DNA of 46,138 bases, from assembly GCA_949398915.1 (NCBI GenBank), contig CASLXJ010000003.1:1-46138 (forward strand). Reading direction: 5' to 3'. The notes under the pieces are model-generated. The model made no database searches. It was not told the DNA's origin and saw nothing but the letters and a program-made list of their open reading frames with translations. Origin of the DNA: an uncultured bacterium (GTDB lineage Bacteria > Bacillota > Clostridia > Christensenellales > UBA1242). This document shows, piece after piece, positions 29,095 through 37,064 of this stretch. A program made the translations under genes and the position numbers. How positions within the stretch are numbered: the first letter of the stretch is position 1; every line of letters starts with the position of its first letter.

Positions 29095-29182
29095 TGGCGT
29101 AGAGAACAGGATTCGAACCTGCGGAGGCAAAAACCTCATACGCTTTCCAAGCGTACGCCTTAAACCGCTCGGCCATCTCTAC
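29095..29182 (-). tRNA. tRNA-Ser(GGA)
   Basis: Reverse complement folds as GTAGAGA/TCTCTAC acceptor stem, TACGC-TTGGAAA-GCGTA anticodon arm, long variable arm, GTTCGAATC T-loop, G73 and encoded CCA. Confidence 0.97.
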
Positions 29183-29190
29183 ATACCTTT

Positions 29191-29219
29191 AATTTAGCAT
29201 ATTATAAAAATTTAGTCAA
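29191..29219 (-). promoter_or_regulatory. SigA promoter of tRNA-Ser
   Basis: TTGACT-N17-TAAATT with extended TG on the minus strand. Confidence 0.6.
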
Positions 29220-29319
29220 TAAAATTACTTGACTTTTCAATTTTAGTCATTACTTAGATAATATATTTCAAAATGTCATTTTAAGAAAAATCATAAGTTA
29301 GGGTGCTTGACTTTTAAAT

Positions 29320-29348
29320 AAAAAAGAACGCAGATTGCGCTCTTTTTT
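29320..29348 (-). terminator. Terminator after the YjzC-like gene
   Basis: A6-GAACGCA-GAT-TGCGCTC-T6 inverted repeat. Confidence 0.7.
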
Positions 29349-29353
29349 AAAGG

Positions 29354-29521
29354 TTATTCTCTCTCGTTATCGAGTTCGTAATGGCTTCCGCTATGTTGAG
29401 TGGCAGGAAATCTTTGTCCCTTTTTAAGCTCGGTACTTCCGCCGCATTTGCCATTCTTGTCATAGCAAGAATAACTTCCTGATTTTGGTGCTTGTTCACC
29501 AGGTCTGTATTGTTTGCTCAT
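29354..29521 (-). CDS. YjzC-like small protein (55 aa, absent from the ORF track)
   Basis: Manual translation MSKQYRPGEQAPKSGSYSCYDKNGKCGGSTELKKGQRFPATQHSGSHYELDNERE*; PGxxAPxSGxY...GxRFPxT pattern; SD GGAGG; own terminator. Confidence 0.85.
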   Translation of the reverse strand: MSKQYRPGEQAPKSGSYSCYDKNGKCGGSTELKKGQRFPATQHSGSHYELDNERE

Positions 29522-29537
29522 TTTTAACCTCCATTAG

Positions 29538-29566
29538 TATTGTGTGCAAATAATGATATAATATAC
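29538..29566 (-). promoter_or_regulatory. Putative SigG promoter of the YjzC-like gene
   Basis: GTATA-N17-CACAATA, fitting the B. subtilis SigG consensus GHATA-N17/18-CAHAHTA. Confidence 0.6.
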
Positions 29567-29632
29567 AAAATATATTAAAAAATATTTGTTTTATTAAAAT
29601 ATTTATTGTATACTTTTGGCATTGGAGGAAAA

Positions 29633-30520
29633 ATGGAAGATTGTATTTTTTGCAAGATAATCAGAGGAGAAATTCCATCATATAAAATATATGAGGACAA
29701 TTATACATATTCATTTTTAGATATAAGTAACGACGGCAATGGTCATATTTTGGTAGTGCCTAAAAAGCATTGTGAGAATGTGCTTGATTGTGAAGAGGGG
29801 CAGCTTGCACATGTTTTAGAAACTGTGAAAAAGATTGGCAATCACCTTGTAAACAATTGTGGGTTTAATGGAATAAACATATTGAATGCCAGTGGAAAAG
29901 CTGCTGAGCAAAGTGTATTCCATCTTCATTTTCATATTTTACCTAGAAAAGATGGTGATGGTCTATCAGTATTTCCAAAGCTTGAAAAGAATGATAAAAC
30001 TCTTGAACAGATGTGCCAGCTGCTGAAAATTGAAAATGAGAAAGAAGAAGAGAAAGTTGTTGAAAACAGCTCAAATTGTAAAAATATAGTTTTATATACA
30101 GACGGAGCTTGTTCTGGAAATCCAGGAATGGGGGGCTGGGGTGCTATATTATCCTATAATGGAAAAGAAAAAGAGCTTTCTGATGGTGAGGAAATGACAA
30201 CCAACAACAGAATGGAGCTGATAGCTGTTATAAAAGGCCTAGAAGCGATTAAAGAAAGTTGCAAGGTTGATATTTACAGTGATTCAGCCTATGTTGTCAA
30301 TGCTTTCCTTCAAGATTGGATATCAAAATGGAAGAGTAATGGCTGGAAGACAACAAAAGGTGAAGTGCTTAATTTAGATTTATGGAAAAGACTGACTGAC
30401 TTACTTGACAAGCATGAAGTTGTTTGGCATAAAGTAAAGGGGCATGCAGACAATGCTTTAAATAATCGTTGCGACGCACTTGCAAGAGGAGAAATAGAAA
30501 AATTAAAAAAGACTAAGTAA
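29633..30520 (+). CDS. rnhA: HIT-family nucleotide hydrolase fused to ribonuclease HI
   Basis: N half: DCIFCKI, GHILVVPKKH, QSVFHLHFHILPR. C half: YTDGACSGNPG, TNNRMEL, YSDSAY, WHKVKGHA, NNRCDALA. One frame; SD GGAGG before ATG 29633. Confidence 0.9.
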   Translation: MEDCIFCKIIRGEIPSYKIYEDNYTYSFLDISNDGNGHILVVPKKHCENVLDCEEGQLAHVLETVKKIGNHLVNNCGFNGINILNASGKAAEQSVFHLHFHILPRKDGDGLSVFPKLEKNDKTLEQMCQLLKIENEKEEEKVVENSSNCKNIVLYTDGACSGNPGMGGWGAILSYNGKEKELSDGEEMTTNNRMELIAVIKGLEAIKESCKVDIYSDSAYVVNAFLQDWISKWKSNGWKTTKGEVLNLDLWKRLTDLLDKHEVVWHKVKGHADNALNNRCDALARGEIEKLKKTK

Positions 30521-30537
30521 TCTTAGTCTTTTTTTTT
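30505..30537. terminator. Bidirectional terminator
   Basis: A6-GACTAAG-TAAT-CTTAGTC-T9. Confidence 0.85.
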
Positions 30538-30588
30538 ATTGTTTAAATTAAAATGTATTCAAATCATCGTTTTATATTTTTATCAACT

Positions 30589-31146
30589 TTAATCAACATT
30601 GATAAGTTTTTCATAAATTATTTCATATATGCTTGGAGCTGTAGTTTTCCATTTTTGCACAGCCTCGTTTGCACTTTGTCTTGTAGGTGCTTTTATAGTA
30701 AGAATAAACATAGGGGATGTTGATTGAGGCTCGTAAATTTTAAGCTCTACATTATAAGATCCGTCTTCATTTTTGCGATAGGTTGAGCTGTATTCCTGAG
30801 ATGATTTGACGCTGAGTTTGTTTGCTTGAAGATAGGTGGAAATTTCTTCGCGTTTTTCAAGTGAAATTCTTTTATAAAGATGAGAAAGGCACTCTCTGCC
30901 TTCATAGGTGAGGGCAAAAAGCTCTTTACTATCAGCGTCATCACTTATTTTATACAAGAGTTTTGAGTCTACGAGGTCATGTATGATGGTTTTGCAGTCC
31001 ATATAATTGGCAATCCAATCATTTTTCATTGAACAAATGTCCAAAATAGAGTCTTCTGTAAGTGGAATTTCCATTGTTTCAATTACAAAAAGCATGGTAA
31101 GTTTATCTTGTATAATGCGTTCTTTTTCGGTAGGTAATTTATTCAT
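30589..31146 (-). CDS. DUF4364-like winged-helix protein
   Basis: KLTMLFVI..MEIPLT, wHTH-like LTYEGRECL, C-terminal APTRQSA...WKTTAPSIYE; TGgTATAAT 7 nt before ATG. Confidence 0.7.
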   Translation of the reverse strand: MNKLPTEKERIIQDKLTMLFVIETMEIPLTEDSILDICSMKNDWIANYMDCKTIIHDLVDSKLLYKISDDADSKELFALTYEGRECLSHLYKRISLEKREEISTYLQANKLSVKSSQEYSSTYRKNEDGSYNVELKIYEPQSTSPMFILTIKAPTRQSANEAVQKWKTTAPSIYEIIYEKLINVD

Positions 31147-31287
31147 AATTTATATTATACCACATTTTCTGAATAAATCAAATTCTTTTGTTTGCATTTT
31201 TTCAAGTTTGTGCTATACTATTTTAGTAAAGTTTTTGTTTGATTATTATTGCTAAATTGAACATAACTTAAATTTTAGAGAGGATTT

Positions 31288-32007
31288 ATGGAAAACAACA
31301 ATATTGAAAAATTTTTAAACTCATGCGATGAACTTATCGGCTGCAAATTTCTCGTTGCCGAATATAAACTTCAAAAGATGCTTCAAGAGCTTGCAAATGC
31401 ACAAGAGATTTGCTCACTTATAGGTGAGTGTTTAGAGTCTTTCAATCGTGATAGAGAATTTTCAAAGTCATTTGTCCAAGATGGAAATGGTGAATTTATG
31501 TTTATTCTTCCAGACGAGGAATTTAAAATTTTGGCTTTGGTATTTTGCACCCTTGTTGATATCGATGCAAAGAAAATTGATTTCACAGACTTTGTAAAGA
31601 GATTTTTTGGTACATATCAAGAATTTGTAAACACAATGATAATCCCATTTAGAGATTTGATTAAAGAGGCGTTTGGTTTCAGTCAAGAAGAGCAACTTTC
31701 TCAAAATGAAAATGCTGAAGAAAGTGAATCTGAAGAAAATGAAAACTTTGATGAAGAATACGAAGACAATAATGAAGATTTTGACAAGTTTGACCGCGCA
31801 CAAAAAATTGCTGTTCAAATATTAGGACAACTTGAATATGCAAGGGATGACTATGCAAATTCAATGGCAAAACAAATTTGCAGAGCAATTGTAAAATGTG
31901 CAAATCAAAATGATGAAGAGGTTATGTCATCATTGGCTTTTGCTTTAAAGTCTGCAAAAGCAAAGCAAGTTAAGTTTTTAGTGAAAGAGCTTTGTGAGCT
32001 TTTCTAA
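31288..32007 (+). CDS. Hypothetical helical protein with acidic linker
   Basis: 239-aa ORF with GAGG SD, 18 nt upstream of the SPFH gene. Confidence 0.8.
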   Translation: MENNNIEKFLNSCDELIGCKFLVAEYKLQKMLQELANAQEICSLIGECLESFNRDREFSKSFVQDGNGEFMFILPDEEFKILALVFCTLVDIDAKKIDFTDFVKRFFGTYQEFVNTMIIPFRDLIKEAFGFSQEEQLSQNENAEESESEENENFDEEYEDNNEDFDKFDRAQKIAVQILGQLEYARDDYANSMAKQICRAIVKCANQNDEEVMSSLAFALKSAKAKQVKFLVKELCELF

Positions 32008-32025
32008 TTAAATTAAGGAGAAAAT

Positions 32026-33102
32026 ATGAAAGCGTTATTTATTATATTGCCAATAGCGTTGCTTGTTGGAATGCTTGTTTGGGCGTTTTTGGCTTACAGA
32101 AAATATAAGAAAAATAAGGTTGTAAAAAGCAATTTAGACAAAAGTTTTATTATTCAACTAGTTGCCAGTTTATCAGTTGCAATTGCGTCACTGTTTGTTT
32201 TGGTTTTTGTGCCAGCAAGCATTCATCAAGTAGATGCAGGAGAGGTAGCTGTTGTTAAAGTTTGGGGTGATGCAAAGTATGTGAAAACAGCAGGCATTCA
32301 CTATGATCTTTGGATAAGTCATAAATATGAAATTTATGATTGCAAAGTGCAGCAAATTGTTACAAATACAGAGACCTATTCAAGCGATGGTCAAACCATG
32401 GATATCGAGCTTGTTATTCAATATCAATTACAACAAGAAAATGCAATGAAAATTGCTAAAAACTATGGAGGGCTTGAGAGACTTGAAAGCAGAATTGAAA
32501 CAGTAGCTCTTGAAAAAATGAAAAGCGTCTTATCACAAAAGTCTGCAATGGTGATTATTGAAACTAGATCAACAGTTTCACCAGCAATTGAGCAAAGTGT
32601 AAGAGAGGCAATTACTGATGACTATTTTGTAGATATTACTACTGTTGTGCTTACTGATATAAGCTTTTCAGAAGCGTTTGAAAAGACGGTAGAAGACAAA
32701 ATGATTGCTGAGCAAGAAAAACTTAAGGCTCAGTATGAAAAAGAGAAAGCAATTATTCAAGCTGAGCAGGCATTGGAAGTAGCGAAACTTGATGCTGAGG
32801 CAAAACTTGCAGCAGCTGAAGGTGAGGCAAAGGCTCTTGAAGCAATTGCAAAAGCACAAGCAAATGCTTTAAAATTGAAATCTATTGAAGCTGCAAGAAT
32901 GCTTGGTTTCAAAATCAATGAAACAACTACAGAAGAAGGCGTTGAATATAACATTGATTTTGAAGGAAAAACTTCAGAAGAAATTAAAGTTATAAGTGAT
33001 TATCTCAAATATATTGAATATCTTTCTGTTTGGAATGGTGAGCTTCCAGATGTTGTTACAGGAAATGATGCAACAATTTTGGTGCCAACACCTTCAAAAT
33101 AA
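32026..33102 (+). CDS. SPFH/band 7 (prohibitin-like) membrane protein
   Basis: Two N-terminal TMs, VDAGEVAVV, SSDGQ, ISFSEAFEKTVEDK, Ala/Glu coiled coil, WNGELP. Confidence 0.9.
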   Translation: MKALFIILPIALLVGMLVWAFLAYRKYKKNKVVKSNLDKSFIIQLVASLSVAIASLFVLVFVPASIHQVDAGEVAVVKVWGDAKYVKTAGIHYDLWISHKYEIYDCKVQQIVTNTETYSSDGQTMDIELVIQYQLQQENAMKIAKNYGGLERLESRIETVALEKMKSVLSQKSAMVIIETRSTVSPAIEQSVREAITDDYFVDITTVVLTDISFSEAFEKTVEDKMIAEQEKLKAQYEKEKAIIQAEQALEVAKLDAEAKLAAAEGEAKALEAIAKAQANALKLKSIEAARMLGFKINETTTEEGVEYNIDFEGKTSEEIKVISDYLKYIEYLSVWNGELPDVVTGNDATILVPTPSK

Positions 33103-33117
33103 TCTATATAATCTATT

Positions 33118-33150
33118 AAAGACTCTTATCGTCGGATAAGAGCCTTTTTT
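33118..33150. terminator. Terminator between the SPFH gene and ylbJ
   Basis: AAAGACTCTTATC-GTCG-GATAAGAGCCTTTTTT. Confidence 0.8.
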
Positions 33151-33243
33151 AATCACAATAAAACACAATTATTATTGTTTCTTTTTATATATAATAATCA
33201 AATTATACAAAAAAACAATAGTTTAAATATTTAAAAGGAAATA

Positions 33244-34182
33244 TTAAATAAACAGCACAATGGCTACTGAAATTAAAGCGGCAAGGCAAGCATGAGTAAA
33301 CTTTTGCAAGCAAAATAGCGTAATTGGCATTTTAAGTCTTGTAAGCATTGAAATAGACTGCAAAATTGTTGAAATACCACCAAAGCTTATTACAAAAGTT
33401 GCAGCTGTAATAGCCCATTTGCTATTAAAATATTTTGATATATCTTGGCAACCTTTAGTTATTTCGACCATACCTTCAAGAATGCTTGCAGCTTTAGGTG
33501 GAAAAAGGTTGAAAATCGGAGATAGGGAGGTGATAACAACAAAGAAAATTGCTATTATTGTGCCAACAATCAACATACTAATGGCAGAATCTAAAACTAT
33601 TGAAGTTATGTCAAAACTGCTTTTTTCTTTGTTTTCGCCTTTATTCTCTTCAATTATTTCAATAGAATCATTCTCTTTTGCTTTAAGATTTCTATATAAT
33701 AGTCCATTTAAGAAGGCACCAATTATGTGAGATGAAAAGATTATATAACCATATAAAGGATTTGCAAGCATTGAAATTCCCACTGCGCCTATAATAAACA
33801 TTGGGCCCGAGGTGGAGCAAAAACTGCACATTTTGAAGGCTTCGCTTTTTTTAATTTTTCCATGTTCATAAAGCTCGGCAGTCATCTTTGCGCCTACTGG
33901 ATAACCTGAAATTATGCTTGTAAGAAAAACGAGAGAAGAAGAGGAAGGTGTTTTAAAAAGTTTTCTGCAAGGCTTTTCCATGAATTTAGTAAACTTGTCC
34001 ATGTTGCCAATAGAAGTTAAAATTTTAACAAAAAAAATGAAGGGTAAAACACTTGGCAACACATTAAAAGCCCAGGCAGATATGCCATTTAAAGTGGCTT
34101 CAATATATACTGATGGAAAAATAACCATGTTTATTAAGATATAGATTATAAAAAAAGATAATAAAGTGTTATATTTTTTCAT
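33244..34182 (-). CDS. ylbJ: Sporulation integral membrane protein YlbJ-like
   Basis: VLPSVLPF, SGYPVGAK, SGPMFIIGAVG, EITKG, ISFGG; multi-TM. Confidence 0.85.
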   Translation of the reverse strand: MKKYNTLLSFFIIYILINMVIFPSVYIEATLNGISAWAFNVLPSVLPFIFFVKILTSIGNMDKFTKFMEKPCRKLFKTPSSSSLVFLTSIISGYPVGAKMTAELYEHGKIKKSEAFKMCSFCSTSGPMFIIGAVGISMLANPLYGYIIFSSHIIGAFLNGLLYRNLKAKENDSIEIIEENKGENKEKSSFDITSIVLDSAISMLIVGTIIAIFFVVITSLSPIFNLFPPKAASILEGMVEITKGCQDISKYFNSKWAITAATFVISFGGISTILQSISMLTRLKMPITLFCLQKFTHACLAALISVAIVLFI

Positions 34183-34198
34183 TTATTGCTCCAAAAAT

Positions 34199-34228
34199 TT
34201 GACAGGATAAAAACATTTTTGTTATACT
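34199..34228 (+). promoter_or_regulatory. SigA promoter of pta-ackA
   Basis: TTGACA-N18-TATACT with extended TG. Confidence 0.65.
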
Positions 34229-34334
34229 AAAACAATGAATGGTTGATTTTATGTTTGATTTGAAAATAAATTAAAAATAATTGATCTTCATAGTCAATTT
34301 ATTCATTGCATCATTGATTTAGAAGGATAGATTT

Positions 34335-35333
34335 ATGAAAATTAAAGATTTGTATAAAAAAGCAAAAGCTTTGCAAAAGACTGTTGTATTTCCAGAAGCT
34401 GGATTTAGTGACAGGACTTTAGAAGCAGTAAAATATATTCAAAGAAAAAAAATAGCAAAACCTGTATTGATAGGAGATGAAAGTGCTTTAGTTTTAAGAG
34501 ATAAAAGCTTGGCGCAATTTCAAATAATCAGCCCATCCACATTTGCTTCTAGGGATGAGCTTGTCAAGTGCCTTTATGAGAAAAGAAAAGATAAGGGAAT
34601 GACAATGGAAGAGGCAGAAAAATTTACTGATGACCCTTATTACTTTGCAACTTTGCTTGTCGAATGTGGATATGCCGACGGTATGGTTGCCGGGGCAGAA
34701 GCTTCAACAGCAAATACTGTAAGACCAGCTCTTCAAATAATAAAAGCTAAAAAGAAGGGCGGAATTGTCTCATCATGTTTCATCATGTTTGGAAAAAACA
34801 AATTTTTGGGTGATAAGTGCTTGATATTATCTGACTGTGGTGTAATAAAACATCCAAATGAGGAAGAGCTTTATCAAATAGCCTGTCAAAGTGTTGAGAC
34901 TTACAAAGCTTTAGGGCTTGATAATCCAAAAGTTGCATTCTTATCATTTTCGACTAATGGCTCGGCTGAAGATGAAAGCTTGGTTGTTGTCAGACAAGCT
35001 TATAAAAAGTTTAAGAAAGCGGGAATTGCTGACTGTGATGGAGAAATTCAATTTGATGCGGCAATGGTCGAGCGTGTGGCTAAACAGAAATGCCCAGAAA
35101 GTCAGCTAGGTGGAGATGCAAATATTCTCATTTTCCCAGATTTAAATAGCGGAAACATTTGTTATAAAGCTATGCAATATTTGGGCAATTTAAGGGCACT
35201 TGGCCCTACATTACAAGGACTTAACAAGCCAATCAATGACTTGTCAAGAGGATGCACGGCTGAAGATATCGTTGCAATGACAGCTGTGACAGTATTACAA
35301 ACAAACAACAAACAAAATAAGGAGGAAAAATGA
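34335..35333 (+). CDS. pta: Phosphate acetyltransferase
   Basis: VVFPE, RPALQII, DGEIQFDAA, FPDLNSGNICYK, NDLSRG. Confidence 0.96.
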   Translation: MKIKDLYKKAKALQKTVVFPEAGFSDRTLEAVKYIQRKKIAKPVLIGDESALVLRDKSLAQFQIISPSTFASRDELVKCLYEKRKDKGMTMEEAEKFTDDPYYFATLLVECGYADGMVAGAEASTANTVRPALQIIKAKKKGGIVSSCFIMFGKNKFLGDKCLILSDCGVIKHPNEEELYQIACQSVETYKALGLDNPKVAFLSFSTNGSAEDESLVVVRQAYKKFKKAGIADCDGEIQFDAAMVERVAKQKCPESQLGGDANILIFPDLNSGNICYKAMQYLGNLRALGPTLQGLNKPINDLSRGCTAEDIVAMTAVTVLQTNNKQNKEEK

Positions 35334-36532
35334 AAATTTTAGTTATCAACGCAGGAAGTTCTTCATTGAAATTTCAACTTTTCAATATGGAAGATGAAAG
35401 CGTAATTGCAAAAGGAAATTGTGAAAAAATAGGCCTTGAAGGATCATTTATTGGTTATAAAACAACTGGTGATAAAAAAGAAGTATTGGTTTCATTGCCA
35501 GACCATAATGCAGCCATTGCAAAGGTTTTTGAAGTGCTTACCGATGAAAAAGAGGGTGTAATCAAATCAGTAGATGAAATCTCTGCTGTAGGTCACCGTT
35601 ATGTTCAAGGTGGTTGGCTGTTTGATAAGAGTGTACTTATAAATGATAAGGTTATTGAAGAGCTTACTCCGCTTATGGAGCTTTCTCCACTTCACTCAAA
35701 AGCAAATATTGCAGGAATTAAAGCTTGCATTGAAGCAATGCCAAATACACCACAAGTTGCGGTATTTGATACAGCTTTCCATGCAACAATGCCTGCAAAA
35801 GCTTATATGTATGGAATCAAATATGAAGACTATGAAAAATATCATGTAAGAAAATATGGTTTTCATGGCACAAGTCATAGATATGTGACAAGTGAAGTTG
35901 CTAAAATCTTAAATAAAGATGTAGATGAAGTAAATGTAATTACAGTCCATGTTGGAAACGGCTCTTCAATTACAGCGGTTAAAAACGGAAAAAGCATTGA
36001 TACTACAATGGGCTTGACTCCACTTGAAGGTCTTATCATGGGTACTCGCTCGGGTGATATTGATCCAGGCGCTTTTGATTATCTTGCTGATAAGAAGGGG
36101 CTTTCAAGCAGTGATACACTCAAATATCTCAATAAAGAATGTGGAATTTTAGGCGTAAGCGGCGTATCAAGCGATATGAGAGAGCTTAACACTGCAATTG
36201 ACGAGGGAAATGAAAGAGCTAAACTTGCACTTGATATGCTTGTATATAAAGTAAAGAAATATATCGGCTCATACCTTGCTGCTCTTGGTAAAACTGATGC
36301 CATTGTGTTCACTGGTGGTATAGGTGAAAATCAAGAAAATCTTAGATCAGGAGCTCTTGAAGATATGCAAAACTTAGGCATTGAAATTGATGTTGAGAAA
36401 AATGACCATCTTCCAAGAGGTACTGCTGAAGAAATCAGCACTGCAAATTCTAAGGTAAGAGTTTTCAGAATCCCAACTGATGAAGAAAAGTTGATTGCCA
36501 GAGATACAAAGGCAATAGTTGAAAAATTATAA
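35330..36532 (+). CDS. ackA: Acetate kinase
   Basis: INAGSSSLK, VFDTAFH, YGFHGTSH, MGTRSGD, FTGGIGEN, PTDEE. Confidence 0.98.
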   Translation: MKILVINAGSSSLKFQLFNMEDESVIAKGNCEKIGLEGSFIGYKTTGDKKEVLVSLPDHNAAIAKVFEVLTDEKEGVIKSVDEISAVGHRYVQGGWLFDKSVLINDKVIEELTPLMELSPLHSKANIAGIKACIEAMPNTPQVAVFDTAFHATMPAKAYMYGIKYEDYEKYHVRKYGFHGTSHRYVTSEVAKILNKDVDEVNVITVHVGNGSSITAVKNGKSIDTTMGLTPLEGLIMGTRSGDIDPGAFDYLADKKGLSSSDTLKYLNKECGILGVSGVSSDMRELNTAIDEGNERAKLALDMLVYKVKKYIGSYLAALGKTDAIVFTGGIGENQENLRSGALEDMQNLGIEIDVEKNDHLPRGTAEEISTANSKVRVFRIPTDEEKLIARDTKAIVEKL

Positions 36533-36603
36533 ATTTAACATATGATTATTTTAAAACTCTTGAAAAACAGGGGAATAAAAATAAAATTAAAACAACAAAA
36601 TGC

Positions 36604-36632
36604 TTGACAAATGAGGTTTAATTTGTTAAACT
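36604..36632 (+). promoter_or_regulatory. SigA promoter of rpmF
   Basis: TTGACA-N17-TAAACT with extended TG. Confidence 0.7.
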
Positions 36633-36665
36633 CTTAAAGCATTATGATTTTTGAAGGAGGAAAAA

Positions 36666-36857
36666 ATGGCAGTTCCAAAGCATAAGGTTTCAAAAGCTAG
36701 AAGAAATTCAAGACACTCAGCTAATTCAGTTGCAGTTGCTCCAACACTTGTAGAATGTCCAAAATGTCATGAGATGAAAAAACCTCACACAGTTTGTAAG
36801 AAATGTGGGACATATAAGGGTGAAACCATCATTGAGAAAAAAGAAGAAAGTAAATAA
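36666..36857 (+). CDS. rpmF: 50S ribosomal protein L32 (Zn-ribbon type)
   Basis: MAVPKHKVSKARRNSR, CPKC...PHTVCKKCGTY; SD AAGGAGG. Confidence 0.97.
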   Translation: MAVPKHKVSKARRNSRHSANSVAVAPTLVECPKCHEMKKPHTVCKKCGTYKGETIIEKKEESK

Positions 36858-36866
36858 TTTGTTTTT

Positions 36867-36899
36867 AAAGTTCTCACTTATTTTAGTGAGGACTTTTTT
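36867..36899 (+). terminator. Terminator after rpmF
   Basis: AAAGTTCTCACT-TATTTT-AGTGAGGACTTTTTT. Confidence 0.85.
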
Positions 36900-36920
36900 C
36901 TTGCATTAAGCATGTTTTAC

Positions 36921-36958
36921 TATATATTGTATTATGTATGTCATACATAATACTTTAT
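36921..36958. repeat. 38-bp palindromic element, copy 2 (perfect 12-1-12 core)
   Basis: Core GTATTATGTATG-T-CATACATAATAC (36929-36953); 35/38 identical to 29050-29087. Confidence 0.85.
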
Positions 36959-37064
36959 GTTGTTATTCAAGCAATTAAAATTAAACTCAAAATTTTTATT
37001 GCAAATTTAGAAAATATTTGTTATTATTATATATGTATATAAATAAACGAAAATTAAAGGGTGA

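Noticed and set aside
28388-29100. Integrative element at tRNA-Ser
   Set aside because: No integrase and no duplicated tRNA 3' end (att) found in the window.
29036-29176. N-terminal 47 aa of the 242-aa ORF in the track
   Set aside because: Runs through tRNA-Ser; the real start is ATG 29035 with an SD.
36915-36960. Possible dif/Xer site (TTATGT arms)
   Set aside because: Arms are not arranged 11-6-11 around a spacer and lack the TTATGTTAAA-type XerD arm.
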